A stretch of DNA of 32,000 nucleotides from Candidatus Saccharimonadota bacterium (GTDB lineage Bacteria > Patescibacteriota > Gracilibacteria > UBA1369 > 2-02-FULL-48-14): positions 360,001-392,000 of the forward strand of contig JBAZVE010000001.1 in assembly GCA_041661045.1 (NCBI GenBank). Reading direction: 5' to 3'. This document shows positions 1 to 8,334 of the stretch, one piece after another (the stretch's first letter is position 1; each line of letters starts with the position of its first letter). The notes below the pieces were generated by a model, which worked only from the letters and a program-made list of their open reading frames with translations, did not search any database and was not told the origin of the DNA. Made by a program: the position numbers and the translations under genes.

Positions 1-656
1 ATTCCGAGTCCAAGCCAACCTCCCGCAATCACGCCAAAGATTCCTCCAAAAATTCCGCCCATCCACCATGCTTTGGTGCTGGAGAACCAACTGAGCAGAG
101 CCCAGCCGAGCGGGAGAATGAGGAAAAGAAAAATATCCAGAAAGTTTGCGATGGGAACATCAGACGCCGCAGACTCTTCAACGGTGAACGGCTCGCCGCG
201 AGCCAAAGCCTCCAACTCCGCAACACTTTCCAATACCCCTTGATCGTAATTTCCTTCTTTAAAATAGGGAGTGGCCACTTTGTCTAAAATCAGGTAGGAC
301 TGGAGGTCTGTGATGGCGCCTTCGAGCCCATAGCCCACTTCGATTCGCATTTCTCTGTCTTCCGGGACGATCAAGAAAACAAGTCCGTTGTCCAAACCCT
401 CCTGCCCCACTCCCCATTCGCGGCCCAACTCCAAAGCGTAACTTTCGATGGGGTAGTCGTTGAGTGTTGGAATGGTGACAACCACCATGCCGGTGCTTGT
501 TTCGTCGGCCAGTGTGCTGAGCTGTACTTGCAGAGTAGCCTCTGTGGTGTCCGAAAGCACGCCGGCTTCATCCAAAATATACCAATCCTCACCCGCGGGC
601 CCAGTTGGGCGCGCGGGGAGATCGATAGCGGCAAAAGCGGTTGAGATGAAATCCAT
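1..656 (-). CDS. TPM (YgcG-like) domain membrane protein, C-terminus cut by window edge
   Basis: My own translation of the minus strand from ATG at 656: MDFISTAFAAIDLPARPTGPAGEDWYILDEAGVLSDTTEATLQVQLSTLADETSTGMVVVTIPTLNDYPIESYALELGREWGVGQEGLDNGLVFLIVPEDREMRIEVGYGLEGAITD..., then a TM segment and a Gly-rich tail. This is the TPM signature. The ATG overlaps the LemA stop (TAATG), the usual LemA-TPM operon arrangement. It is absent from the ORF track because it runs off the edge. Confidence 0.8.
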   Translation of the reverse strand, partial: MDFISTAFAAIDLPARPTGPAGEDWYILDEAGVLSDTTEATLQVQLSTLADETSTGMVVVTIPTLNDYPIESYALELGREWGVGQEGLDNGLVFLIVPEDREMRIEVGYGLEGAITDLQSYLILDKVATPYFKEGNYDQGVLESVAELEALARGEPFTVEESAASDVPIANFLDIFLFLILPLGWALLSWFSSTKAWWMGGIFGGIFGVIAGGWLGLG

Positions 657-1267
657 TATTCTCCGATTTCAAATTCAATGACTGGAGCGTCTTCCGTACC
701 TTCGTCCGATTCAAACAGCGGATAAGCTTCAAATCCAAGCATTCCCGCAAACATGGCGGTGGGGAACACGCGTAATTTTACATTGTAAACGGTGGTGGCG
801 TCGTTGTAATCCTTGCGAGCCACGGCCACACGGTTTTCACTGCCTTCGAGTTCAATTTGAAAGGATTGGAAACTTTCGGTGGCGGTGAGTTCGGGGTATG
901 CCTCAACCGTTACCAGCAGGCGAGAGAGAGCGGAGTCGAAACTTTGAGTCGTGGCCATTTGCTCTTCGATGCTGGCGTTGGGATCTCCTGCCGTTTGCGC
1001 CCATGCACTGCGCGCTTCGGTCACGGCGATGAGGGTTTCTTGTTCAAATTCCGCAGTGGCTTCCACGGTGGGAAGAAGCTGCGCCACAAGATCGCTACGG
1101 CGTTGGTATTGCACCTCCACCTGCGCCCAAGTGTTGTTCACGGTTCCTTCTTGAGTCACGAGCCCGTTGTAAAGTCCCATGAGCCAGAGTGCAAAAATAA
1201 CGAGTAGAGCCAGAACTCCTCCAAGCACCAAGAGCCCGGTGGACGAGCGTTTTACTGCTTTTGCCAT
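656..1267 (-). CDS. lemA: LemA family protein
   Basis: The ORF 656..1312 contains MAKAVKRSSTGLLVLGGVLALLVIFALWLMGLYNGLV...QVEVQYQRRSDLV...ARKDYN, an N-terminal TM helix plus LemA motifs. The start is placed at the internal ATG (1267) just before the TM helix. Confidence 0.85.
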   Translation of the reverse strand: MAKAVKRSSTGLLVLGGVLALLVIFALWLMGLYNGLVTQEGTVNNTWAQVEVQYQRRSDLVAQLLPTVEATAEFEQETLIAVTEARSAWAQTAGDPNASIEEQMATTQSFDSALSRLLVTVEAYPELTATESFQSFQIELEGSENRVAVARKDYNDATTVYNVKLRVFPTAMFAGMLGFEAYPLFESDEGTEDAPVIEFEIGE

Positions 1268-1414
1268 AGTGTGATTATTAAGGATTATGTGTGCATCATA
1301 ACAAAATTCCATTGAAATCCAAAGCCAGTCTCTGTACCTTGAGGCGGCTATGGTTGTCGCTTACGCGACCTCATGGCTTAGCACTAACAGGAGCCAATTG
1401 GGCTCCGCCCAATA

Positions 1415-1504
1415 GGAGAGATGGCCGAGTGGTTGAAGGCGGCAGTCTTGAAAACTGTTAAGGGCGCAAGCTCTTCGGGGGTTCGAATCCCTCTCTCTCC
1501 GCCA
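1415..1504 (+). tRNA. tRNA-Ser (anticodon UGA), class II with long variable arm, CCA encoded
   Basis: GGAGAGATGGCCGAGTGGTTGAAGGC...CTTGAAA anticodon loop, GGGGGTTCGAATCCCTC T-arm, and acceptor GGAGAGA/TCTCTCC followed by G-CCA. Confidence 0.9.
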
Positions 1505-1510
1505 GGAGCT

Positions 1511-1548
1511 AAAAAAGTAGCTGGCCCAAAGGGTCAGATAGTTTTTTG
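1511..1548. terminator. Bidirectional rho-independent terminator between tRNA-Ser and the convergent 353-aa gene
   Basis: The stem CTGGCCC-AAA-GGGTCAG (1521..1537; 7 bp, one G-U) is followed by ATAGTTTTTTGG on the plus strand. On the minus strand the same stem is followed by CTACTTTTTT. Confidence 0.55.
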
Positions 1549-1592
1549 GTGTCTGCGCAGCAGACTGAAGAGGGGGATGAAGCGAAGCGTCT

Positions 1593-1610
1593 ATCCCTCT
1601 CTCTCCGCCA
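1593..1610 (+). repeat. Exact 18-bp direct copy of the tRNA-Ser(UGA) 3' end (att-like scar / tRNA 3' pseudo-fragment)
   Basis: ATCCCTCTCTCTCCGCCA at 1593..1610 is identical to 1487..1504 (distal T-loop, T-stem, acceptor and CCA). Upstream GAGGGGGAT (1570..1578) can pair with it like a T-stem whose loop has been replaced. Confidence 0.7.
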
Positions 1611-1662
1611 CCGTAGACGAATTGATTCTAAAGCAGAACATGGAGAACGGTTGTCGTCAGTA

Positions 1663-2724
1663 CTACCTGTCTTCCGTCAATTTGAAGACCGAAACATGGT
1701 ATATGTCTTCCCATCCCCCTGCATACCTACCTTTAGCATAGACCGGGGTGTACCAAGTCTGAGGGCCTTGACGATTTCCCCATACATCTCTACGACCTAT
1801 AATAGTGTTAGACCTATTCTCGATGAAATTTCCTCGCTCCCAGTTTGTTTCAGGATTCCAAGTTGCCAACGCAAAATGAAAACCACCTTCTTGTCTGGGT
1901 AAGCGGTGAAGATTAGTCTCTTCCAATGGGTATTCTATAACATATGGCGATGTACCTATCACCACTTGGCGTGTTCGAACTACCTCGGCTCCTTCATCCC
2001 TTTCATTTAAGCCGGTAACAAAAAAAGCTGTCATCATTCCTCTACCGGGGATAACCAAAAGACCACTATCGTTTTTTTTAAGAGGGCCTGTCCATGGTTG
2101 GAATTTGAATGGGTGAGCTTGATTAGTTAGTACTGCCTGAAGTGAGGGGGGAAGCTTGGCTAGTTCATTTTCATCCAGACACTCTTCAAAATCTAACACT
2201 TGTGGTGGTAAATCCGAGCGCAAAGGACCAAGAGGACTATGAACAGCTAACCGATTTTCTACAAGATGTTCAGCTACTGTTACGAGAGCTCCGTCTGGAT
2301 TCGACACGAAGAGAGTTCCTACACCAGTGGGTAGCGTGATTGTGACCTCTCCATCCTCCACCCTCGTTTGCGCGAAGTGCCCTACTAAAGTATCTAACTG
2401 TCCAGAAGGCACGATGGGTGGCTCCTGTAAATGGCCTTCAACTTTGGGCGCTTCCGCCCCATTTACTCGTATAAAGATTTTTTTTGTAATATCACATTGC
2501 CGTTCATGGCTGAGCCATGATAATCGAGCTCTAAGCAGTTGAGCCTCCATTTCATTTTGTGCCATGTAGAAGAGCTGTTCAGTTCCAGTCAGTTGAGAGC
2601 CACTGAGTCCTCCTATCCACTGTTCGAAATCAGACAATAGTGTTTCCCTAATGGTAAGTTCCATCAAGGGCTGTGGTCCATTAGGTGCGGCGATAACTTC
2701 TCTGATTTGTGACACTGGTTTCAC
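1663..2724 (-). CDS. Hypothetical protein (353 aa), no family recognised
   Basis: Long ORF with GTG start (MKPVSQIREV...). A TTGACA-16 nt-TAGCAT promoter-like pair lies upstream on the minus strand near 2770..2797. There are no recognisable motifs. Confidence 0.55.
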   Translation of the reverse strand: MKPVSQIREVIAAPNGPQPLMELTIRETLLSDFEQWIGGLSGSQLTGTEQLFYMAQNEMEAQLLRARLSWLSHERQCDITKKIFIRVNGAEAPKVEGHLQEPPIVPSGQLDTLVGHFAQTRVEDGEVTITLPTGVGTLFVSNPDGALVTVAEHLVENRLAVHSPLGPLRSDLPPQVLDFEECLDENELAKLPPSLQAVLTNQAHPFKFQPWTGPLKKNDSGLLVIPGRGMMTAFFVTGLNERDEGAEVVRTRQVVIGTSPYVIEYPLEETNLHRLPRQEGGFHFALATWNPETNWERGNFIENRSNTIIGRRDVWGNRQGPQTWYTPVYAKGRYAGGWEDIYHVSVFKLTEDR

Positions 2725-2847
2725 GGTTAAATCTTTAAGAGGCTATAGACAAGTAGTATATGCTACCTGCTTATTCGAGTTTGTCAAAACTTTTTTGCGA
2801 GACATTGAACTCTGTATGATTAGCCTCGATAGCGGTTCTAAGCTTGC

Positions 2848-4848
2848 CTAGTCACATAACGACATAGGTGATTTTATAGCATGAAGCTGCTCCATTTGAG
2901 CCATGCACTCGCGCCATTCCTCTGTTGTCATTGCAAGGAATGAAGGGTGCCCCACACGATTAACCAGATCTAGATTCCTCTCTATTGTACGAGTATCTAC
3001 GCCTCCTCCAGCCAACAAACGGAGTTTTTCCTCGGTAATATGAAACAAGTAAACACGAGGGATTCGATCAGAATATGTAGAATCTCTATACCTAGGATCC
3101 TGTCGACAAAGTGGAGCAAGTGCTTCAAACCAAGTCGCCGGCTTCTTTTCTAATTCAGGGATTTCGTCGTGATATTTACTATAAAACTGAGCTGTTTCTA
3201 ATGGGAGTTTTGCCGCAGCCGCACGAGCTGCTTCATCTAGAAAAGGTGTATCTTGAAGCAAAACAGCATTGTAATCTTGGACAGCACTGTTCACGAGCTG
3301 ATCACTTAGCGAGTGTCCCTGATTATGCCGATCCACTAAAAATTGGAATATTCCCTCGGGGAAAACAAGAACCCTTTCCAAACAGTCAGCAGAAAGGACT
3401 TCTATAGTTTGCTTCCCCAATTTTTCTACCCTAGACATGACATCTTCCTGCTTGCTTAAACGCCAAAGTAGATTTAGTTTTGGCAATCCCAAACAAGAAA
3501 TTTCAGTTGGGGTCCAGAGCAAAAGGATTGCAGGGGAAATCTGACTGACTGCAGTCCGCATAGCTTGAAATGGCTCGTGAATCTCGTCTACATAGGCCTT
3601 GCGCTGATGTGCTTCTCGCTCAGTGATTATTTCAGAAAGTTCGCCGCAAGTCATCCGAGGCAGGCTGCCCTCAGACACCAAAGACTTGGCTTCTTCATCG
3701 GTTAAGAGGCTCAGTTGCTTAAAAAAGGCTCCCGGGGCAATCAGACTCAAATCCACCGTGCTAGCTTTATAGTGGTGATCCTGTCCAGACTCCTCATCAG
3801 TAAAAGTCGTCGTCCTAGTTATTTTTTTCTTGAGAACCTCATCTTCTAATAATGATTCTCGAGTGCAGAGGCTAACTAACAGATCACAGGGAAGTATAGC
3901 AATGAGAGAGGGTCTCAAAGGACGCATGTAGAATAACAATGTGGGTCGAAGAATCGGAAGTGGCTGAAGAAAGAAATCCACATTCAGTTCCTTGAGTTGA
4001 TCTACTGAAAATTCTCCCAATTGCTGGATCACGAATGGGTCCATTTGCTTTATTCGTTCTTTTCCTAAAAAATCCAAAGACTGGGGCGACATCCTCCTCA
4101 GGTAAAGTACCTGCTCTGCGGTTAAGCTATTTATCCACTCCAGCCCTGCTTCCTTTAAAAAAGATGCTCTTTCGCGTGCTGACCATGCACTGAGCACTTT
4201 TACATGATCACTAGCCAATCGAGGCTCACCCACTCGAAGTCGACTGGTCGTTGACCGCAGTTCATCCCAAATAGAATCATCGTTTGGAGCAACCATTCGT
4301 GCAACGGCTCCTGGAGTTTGGCTGACAGCATCAAGAGAAATATTATGAAGCTCTCTGAGTTTTTCCCGAGATAGCCTGGATAAGATTGGCCAGCTTATAT
4401 CATCAGTCAACTTTACTCTTTCTTCCTTCTCCAGGAGAAATCCAAGGCTCGAAAGCCATTCAGACTCCACTGGCAAAAGGGCATGTGGACCTCCTATATG
4501 ATCGATGTAGCTTGGAGGTATGCTTGAGAAAGAGGAAAGCCACTTCACTCCTTTATGTATCCACTCCTCTACGGGAAGAGAAGCCAGTCGCTGCATGTGA
4601 CCTAAACTGAGTCTTCCTAAGGAAATGATTTCTTCAGGAGTGAGTTGAGCGAATTGATTTTTTCCTAATTGCTGAAGAACGAGTTCTAGTTGGTCAGCTT
4701 GTAAACCCCGGCAGGCCATCAGTTGCGCCTCTGAAAGCTCATTAAGCAAATCCCCCAATGTGTTTTTATGAGTAGCTGAAAGGCACAAGAGTTCAGCTTC
4801 ACGAGCTTCATGTGATTCGATACTTGGTCTAGGAGAGAGTGGATCCAT
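2848..4848 (-). CDS. Hypothetical large protein (666 aa), helical, with recurring L-[ST]-x-E-Q-[LIV] type motifs
   Basis: Uninterrupted 2-kb ORF with ATG start and a strong promoter immediately upstream. Recurring motifs include LSEAQLMAC, LQADQLELV, LTPEEIISL and LTAEQVLYL. Confidence 0.6.
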   Translation of the reverse strand: MDPLSPRPSIESHEAREAELLCLSATHKNTLGDLLNELSEAQLMACRGLQADQLELVLQQLGKNQFAQLTPEEIISLGRLSLGHMQRLASLPVEEWIHKGVKWLSSFSSIPPSYIDHIGGPHALLPVESEWLSSLGFLLEKEERVKLTDDISWPILSRLSREKLRELHNISLDAVSQTPGAVARMVAPNDDSIWDELRSTTSRLRVGEPRLASDHVKVLSAWSARERASFLKEAGLEWINSLTAEQVLYLRRMSPQSLDFLGKERIKQMDPFVIQQLGEFSVDQLKELNVDFFLQPLPILRPTLLFYMRPLRPSLIAILPCDLLVSLCTRESLLEDEVLKKKITRTTTFTDEESGQDHHYKASTVDLSLIAPGAFFKQLSLLTDEEAKSLVSEGSLPRMTCGELSEIITEREAHQRKAYVDEIHEPFQAMRTAVSQISPAILLLWTPTEISCLGLPKLNLLWRLSKQEDVMSRVEKLGKQTIEVLSADCLERVLVFPEGIFQFLVDRHNQGHSLSDQLVNSAVQDYNAVLLQDTPFLDEAARAAAAKLPLETAQFYSKYHDEIPELEKKPATWFEALAPLCRQDPRYRDSTYSDRIPRVYLFHITEEKLRLLAGGGVDTRTIERNLDLVNRVGHPSFLAMTTEEWRECMAQMEQLHAIKSPMSLCD

Positions 4849-4873
4849 GTCAAAAAATTAGAATAGCTATAAT

Positions 4874-4901
4874 ATTATAATACTTTCATACAACAAGTCA
4901 A
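4874..4901 (-). promoter_or_regulatory. Sigma70-type promoter for the 666-aa gene
   Basis: The minus strand reads TTGACT (4901..4896), a 16-nt spacer, then TATAAT (4879..4874). This lies 25 nt upstream of the ATG at 4848. Confidence 0.55.
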
Positions 4902-4973
4902 ACTCTACGAAACGAAATCTTGAAGAAAGATGAGCGTGCCGCTGCAGACATGGAGACGGTGGTCTTTTGAAGA

Positions 4974-5744
4974 TTAGACCCTTAGCGAGCAACGGAACGC
5001 GCCATCATCATCGTAAGATTCAGCATCCTGCGGTTCCACGCGAGCCCCCCCATAGTAGTGATCACCAAAGAGCGCACTGCCAAAGACTAGTCCGCCGTAT
5101 TTTGGATTTGGGTTTTCTGAATCAAGCCATACCCAATCATTTTCAGTGTCCATCTCAATTCCCATATCGATCCCAAGAACCTCATAGCGCTCAGGACGAG
5201 TCAATTTTACACCACCACCCATCGCTTCTGCTCTTGCAACTGCTTGAGCATAAGTAACTCTTCTACGAGAGTCTGGCAGTTTTGCTGCTAACTCATCAAA
5301 AATGAAATCTTCTCCTTCGACTCCAGTCACATCAGGAGCACCTCCTGAATCGTCCATTCGTTTCAAGGCATCAAGTTTTACTGGGTTTGCGCTTAATTTC
5401 GCTTCAACTTTTGACCACGCTACCGCATCGTGACAGGCAAGATGGTGTTCATTCTCTTCGTAACGCGCTCTAAGAGTTCCCATAAAAGCAACTTGCTCGG
5501 GAGAAAGGTCAGAGGAACCTTCTACTTCTCTTGGTAGACCATCAGAGTCTACTTCAATAAGATCAGCTACAGCTTGACGATCTCTCATTTCAGCAATTAC
5601 TCGCTTTAGAAGAGCCGTGCCTTCCACACCTAACTTCGCTTGTACCTCTGGATCATCAAGACCAGCATCCGTGGCATCAAGTACAGTTGGCGCAATAGGT
5701 ACTGCGGTGACATCATCGTTATCGGGACCTTTGGTGATTGCCAT
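4974..5744 (-). CDS. DUF4256-like protein with acidic N-terminal extension
   Basis: The C-terminal ~180 aa (LSPEQVAFMGTLRARYEEN...WSKVEAKLSANPVKLDALKRMDDSGGAPDVTGVEGEDFIF...GGLVFGSALFGDHYY...GAFRCSLRV) matches my recollection of the DUF4256 layout (...ERTGGEPDVVG...FRGSLRV). The assignment is from memory and was not searched. Confidence 0.5.
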   Translation of the reverse strand: MAITKGPDNDDVTAVPIAPTVLDATDAGLDDPEVQAKLGVEGTALLKRVIAEMRDRQAVADLIEVDSDGLPREVEGSSDLSPEQVAFMGTLRARYEENEHHLACHDAVAWSKVEAKLSANPVKLDALKRMDDSGGAPDVTGVEGEDFIFDELAAKLPDSRRRVTYAQAVARAEAMGGGVKLTRPERYEVLGIDMGIEMDTENDWVWLDSENPNPKYGGLVFGSALFGDHYYGGARVEPQDAESYDDDGAFRCSLRV

Positions 5745-5765
5745 GTTTTTAAGTTAAATCTAGTG

Positions 5766-5774
5766 ATTATAGCA
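5766..5774 (-). promoter_or_regulatory. Extended -10 element (TGCTATAAT) upstream of the DUF4256-like gene
   Basis: The minus strand reads TGCTATAAT, ending 21 nt before the ATG at 5744. The -35 is weak (TTGTTG). Confidence 0.4.
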
Positions 5775-5928
5775 CATATCCTATATCGCAACAAGCCCCA
5801 CCCCCTTCCCGTTATACTAGGAAACTAAAATCCGTGAGCCAAACCCGTTTTTGCAAACACATTGAATTGTCTGGATTGTCAGTCCACTATCGACACTTTA
5901 CTGAAACTTTTTTGGTGAAGACCTCGGG

Positions 5929-6930
5929 TTGGCTACGATATTACATCTGTTTGACAGGGTCCGCCCTGAGGGGTACGGTCTCTTCTTAGTCTTTTTTCTG
6001 TGTTTTATGGCTGATGGTGGACCTTATCATAGGCGTATGGCTCCCAGTGAACACTGTGTTGGATTTTTTCAGCCGGCGCAGCATATAGGTTGGGGAGATG
6101 GGGTGGGCCATATGCAGGCCGGGGGAAACTGGGATGAAGTCGTTTTTTTAAACGGAGTGTCGGGGACTCCCTTGGTCCAATTGGATGCAAGCATGCATGC
6201 AAAAGAACTGGATGGCTTGAAGGGACTGGATGAGGCCATTCATCCAGATCTTATGAGTGCGCTCAATGCTGTGCAGGGTGCTCTCAGCCTTCCGTTGACT
6301 GAAAGGACTGAAGCGGGAGCCGTGGCTTCGCCCAGCGTCGTCGATTTTCGACATTCCCATTTTGTTTTTTGTGCTCCGCCTGAATTGTGGAATGGTCTGA
6401 ATTCAAATACAGTTATTGGGCATTTACGAGATTTTAGGAAACTGTCCCTGATGGAACTCAAACTCCAAAGAGGAAATGGAGGTGAACAACGCTTTCAAGT
6501 GATTCGATCTGCAAACAGTGCTATCCCGAAAGAAAGAGGCTATCCCCTTGACCAAGTCTTTGATTCTATTGAGGAGGCTCTGAGCGCCATGCGTGTCTTT
6601 ATGGATGCTTATTCTACGGTCCCCGCGGAGGCGCTTCCCCCCTTGACTGACAACTTGAATGCCCGGGTTTTTCACTTCTTCCCTACGCAGCTCTGGGGTC
6701 AATGTCACCCGAGGGAGTTGAGTCGGAAGTATGTTGCTGGCGTTGGCCCCTCTCGTGAACAGCTCTCACATAGAATAGCCCTTCATCCAAGCCATGAGCC
6801 GGCCGCCCCCTTTGTTGTGAGCGACTGGCCTAAGCGGCGCGGTGAGCCTGGAAGTGCGCTGGATAAAACTTGCTATCCAAACCTTGCCGAGGCCGTTGCG
6901 GCGATTCGTGGACAGACACCGCAGATTTAA
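5929..6930 (+). CDS. Hypothetical protein with an internal tandem duplication of a ~90-aa domain; start uncertain
   Basis: The ORF opens with TTG at 5929, but the first ~60 aa look non-native, and internal ATGs at 6007, 6037 and 6112 are candidates. The two halves align: HFVFCAPPELWNGL...FQVIRSANSAIPKERGYPLDQVFDSIEEALSAMR versus VFHFFPTQLWGQC...FVVSDWPKRRGEPGSALDKTCYPNLAEAVAAIR. Confidence 0.5.
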   Translation: MATILHLFDRVRPEGYGLFLVFFLCFMADGGPYHRRMAPSEHCVGFFQPAQHIGWGDGVGHMQAGGNWDEVVFLNGVSGTPLVQLDASMHAKELDGLKGLDEAIHPDLMSALNAVQGALSLPLTERTEAGAVASPSVVDFRHSHFVFCAPPELWNGLNSNTVIGHLRDFRKLSLMELKLQRGNGGEQRFQVIRSANSAIPKERGYPLDQVFDSIEEALSAMRVFMDAYSTVPAEALPPLTDNLNARVFHFFPTQLWGQCHPRELSRKYVAGVGPSREQLSHRIALHPSHEPAAPFVVSDWPKRRGEPGSALDKTCYPNLAEAVAAIRGQTPQI

Positions 6931-6936
6931 GTTAGA

Positions 6937-7395
6937 ATGGCTCGGATGAAGCATCCTGCACCAGATATTGCCGCTCTTCCCGCTGAGGATTCGAAGCGTT
7001 TTGTGGCGGTTTTGAATAAGAAAGTGGAAATTCCGCAGCTCATGAATGCGCTGGGGCATATGGCGGCGGGCACGGCAAGCCTTGTGGGGGCGGAGGATTT
7101 GTGTTTTTTGAACTACCCTGATAAGGAGGCCGGCGAGCACTTTGGTGCCTCACACTTCCCTTTTATTGTGCTGAAGGCTGAAAACTCCAATCAGATTCGA
7201 ACGGTGCGCGCGGAGGCGATGCGAAGAGGAATTCCGTTCAATGAATTCACCCGTGGGATGGTGCTGGGGACCGAGGGCGCGCTGGACGCGATGCGCGAAA
7301 GCAGCGAAGCGGATCTGGACTATTTTGGCATTTGCCTCTTTGGCGGTACCGAAGAACTCCGGGAGTTTACCGGGAAGTTTTCTTTGTTCCGCTAA
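6937..7395 (+). CDS. DUF2000 family protein
   Basis: 152 aa. The pattern KRFVAVLNKKVEIPQLMNALGHMAAG...HFPFIVLKAENSNQIRTVRAEAMRRGIPFNEFT...YFGICLFGGTEELREFTGKFSLFR follows the DUF2000 layout as I recall it. It starts 6 nt after the preceding stop, so it is probably co-transcribed. Confidence 0.55.
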   Translation: MARMKHPAPDIAALPAEDSKRFVAVLNKKVEIPQLMNALGHMAAGTASLVGAEDLCFLNYPDKEAGEHFGASHFPFIVLKAENSNQIRTVRAEAMRRGIPFNEFTRGMVLGTEGALDAMRESSEADLDYFGICLFGGTEELREFTGKFSLFR

Positions 7396-8140
7396 TATCG
7401 TAGGCATCAAATATTTCGGGCCTGACGGCGAGCCAGATGGCTGCGTTTCCAAAAACATGCATAAGCACTTTGCCCTGCTTGACCCATTTTTCCAAGGTCT
7501 CCACTGAGGCATTTTGATATCTTGGATCTTCGATTGGCACGGCTTGGATCTTTGAATACATCAGCTTTCCGCTTCTTTTGGAGTGTTCAAGTCTCACTAT
7601 ATAGTAATCGGCACTAGGGAGAGCTTTGACCTTTTCTCTCAGGATCGCGAGGGCTTTGGTTTTTGGGTCTTCAAGTGCTTCGCATGCAAGCCCTGTAGCT
7701 TGCATTATTTGGCTTTGATGGGCTGCTTGGTAAGCCCTGAGTGTTTGTGACCCTTGATTCTCTGCTATTCGTTCAAGGACGGGATATGCCTGGGAAGGCA
7801 GAAAGTTCTTCAAATGAGTGAGCAAAATTACGAAGTAGGACTGCGCACTCATCGGTTGGCAGAGATCTGGAAGAAGGGCTTCAAAGTCTGCCCGACTCGT
7901 GTTTGCAACGAGGAACTTTTTATTTTCCTGAATCGCAATATCTGCTGTGGATACGCTGTCCGGGTTTTTCCTCTCTATTTCTATGTGCCCCTGCAAGCGG
8001 GCAACCAATTTTAGGATTAAAACCCTTAACGGCTTCCTTATTTCTTCTTTTCTAAGCTCCTCTGGGCTTTCATCGGGGTCCAGCTTTCGTGCTAATGGGA
8101 CATCTTTCATTTGGACGCTTCTATCGTTTAAAGTGGTCAT
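7367..8140 (-). CDS. Hypothetical protein (~257 aa)
   Basis: The ORF is 7367..8182. The first ATG would abut the tRNA at 8185, so the start is placed at MTTLNDRS (8140). The 3' end overlaps the DUF2000 gene by 29 nt (convergent). No family recognised. Confidence 0.5.
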   Translation of the reverse strand: MTTLNDRSVQMKDVPLARKLDPDESPEELRKEEIRKPLRVLILKLVARLQGHIEIERKNPDSVSTADIAIQENKKFLVANTSRADFEALLPDLCQPMSAQSYFVILLTHLKNFLPSQAYPVLERIAENQGSQTLRAYQAAHQSQIMQATGLACEALEDPKTKALAILREKVKALPSADYYIVRLEHSKRSGKLMYSKIQAVPIEDPRYQNASVETLEKWVKQGKVLMHVFGNAAIWLAVRPEIFDAYDISGTKKTSR

Positions 8141-8184
8141 TTTACAAGAGACCTGCTTTACTGTCCATTGGACTTCGCCCAAGA

Positions 8185-8272
8185 GGAGAGATGACCGAGT
8201 GGTTGATGGTACCGCTCTCGAAAAGCGGCATGCCTTCGGGCATCGGGGGTTCGAATCCCCCTCTCTCCGCCA
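8185..8272 (+). tRNA. tRNA-Ser (anticodon CGA), class II, CCA encoded
   Basis: GGAGAGATGACCGAGTGGTTGATGG...CCGCT-CTCGAAA-AGCGG anticodon arm, GGGGGTTCGAATCCCCC T-arm, and TCTCTCC-G-CCA. Confidence 0.9.
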
Positions 8273-8334
8273 GTTTATTTCTTTTTTAGGAATAGTATCT
8301 TATAATGGTTCCGCATTAATTTAATCATTTATAT

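Noticed and set aside
1390-1406. Perfect hairpin GGAGCC-AATTG-GGCTCC just upstream of tRNA-Ser
   Set aside because: No T-tract follows on either strand, and it lies in a short divergent spacer. The evidence is insufficient for a terminator or regulatory call.
1421-1902. Two plus-strand ORFs (106 and 118 aa)
   Set aside because: The first starts inside tRNA-Ser. Both cross the terminator and the tRNA-fragment repeat and are antisense to the 353-aa gene.
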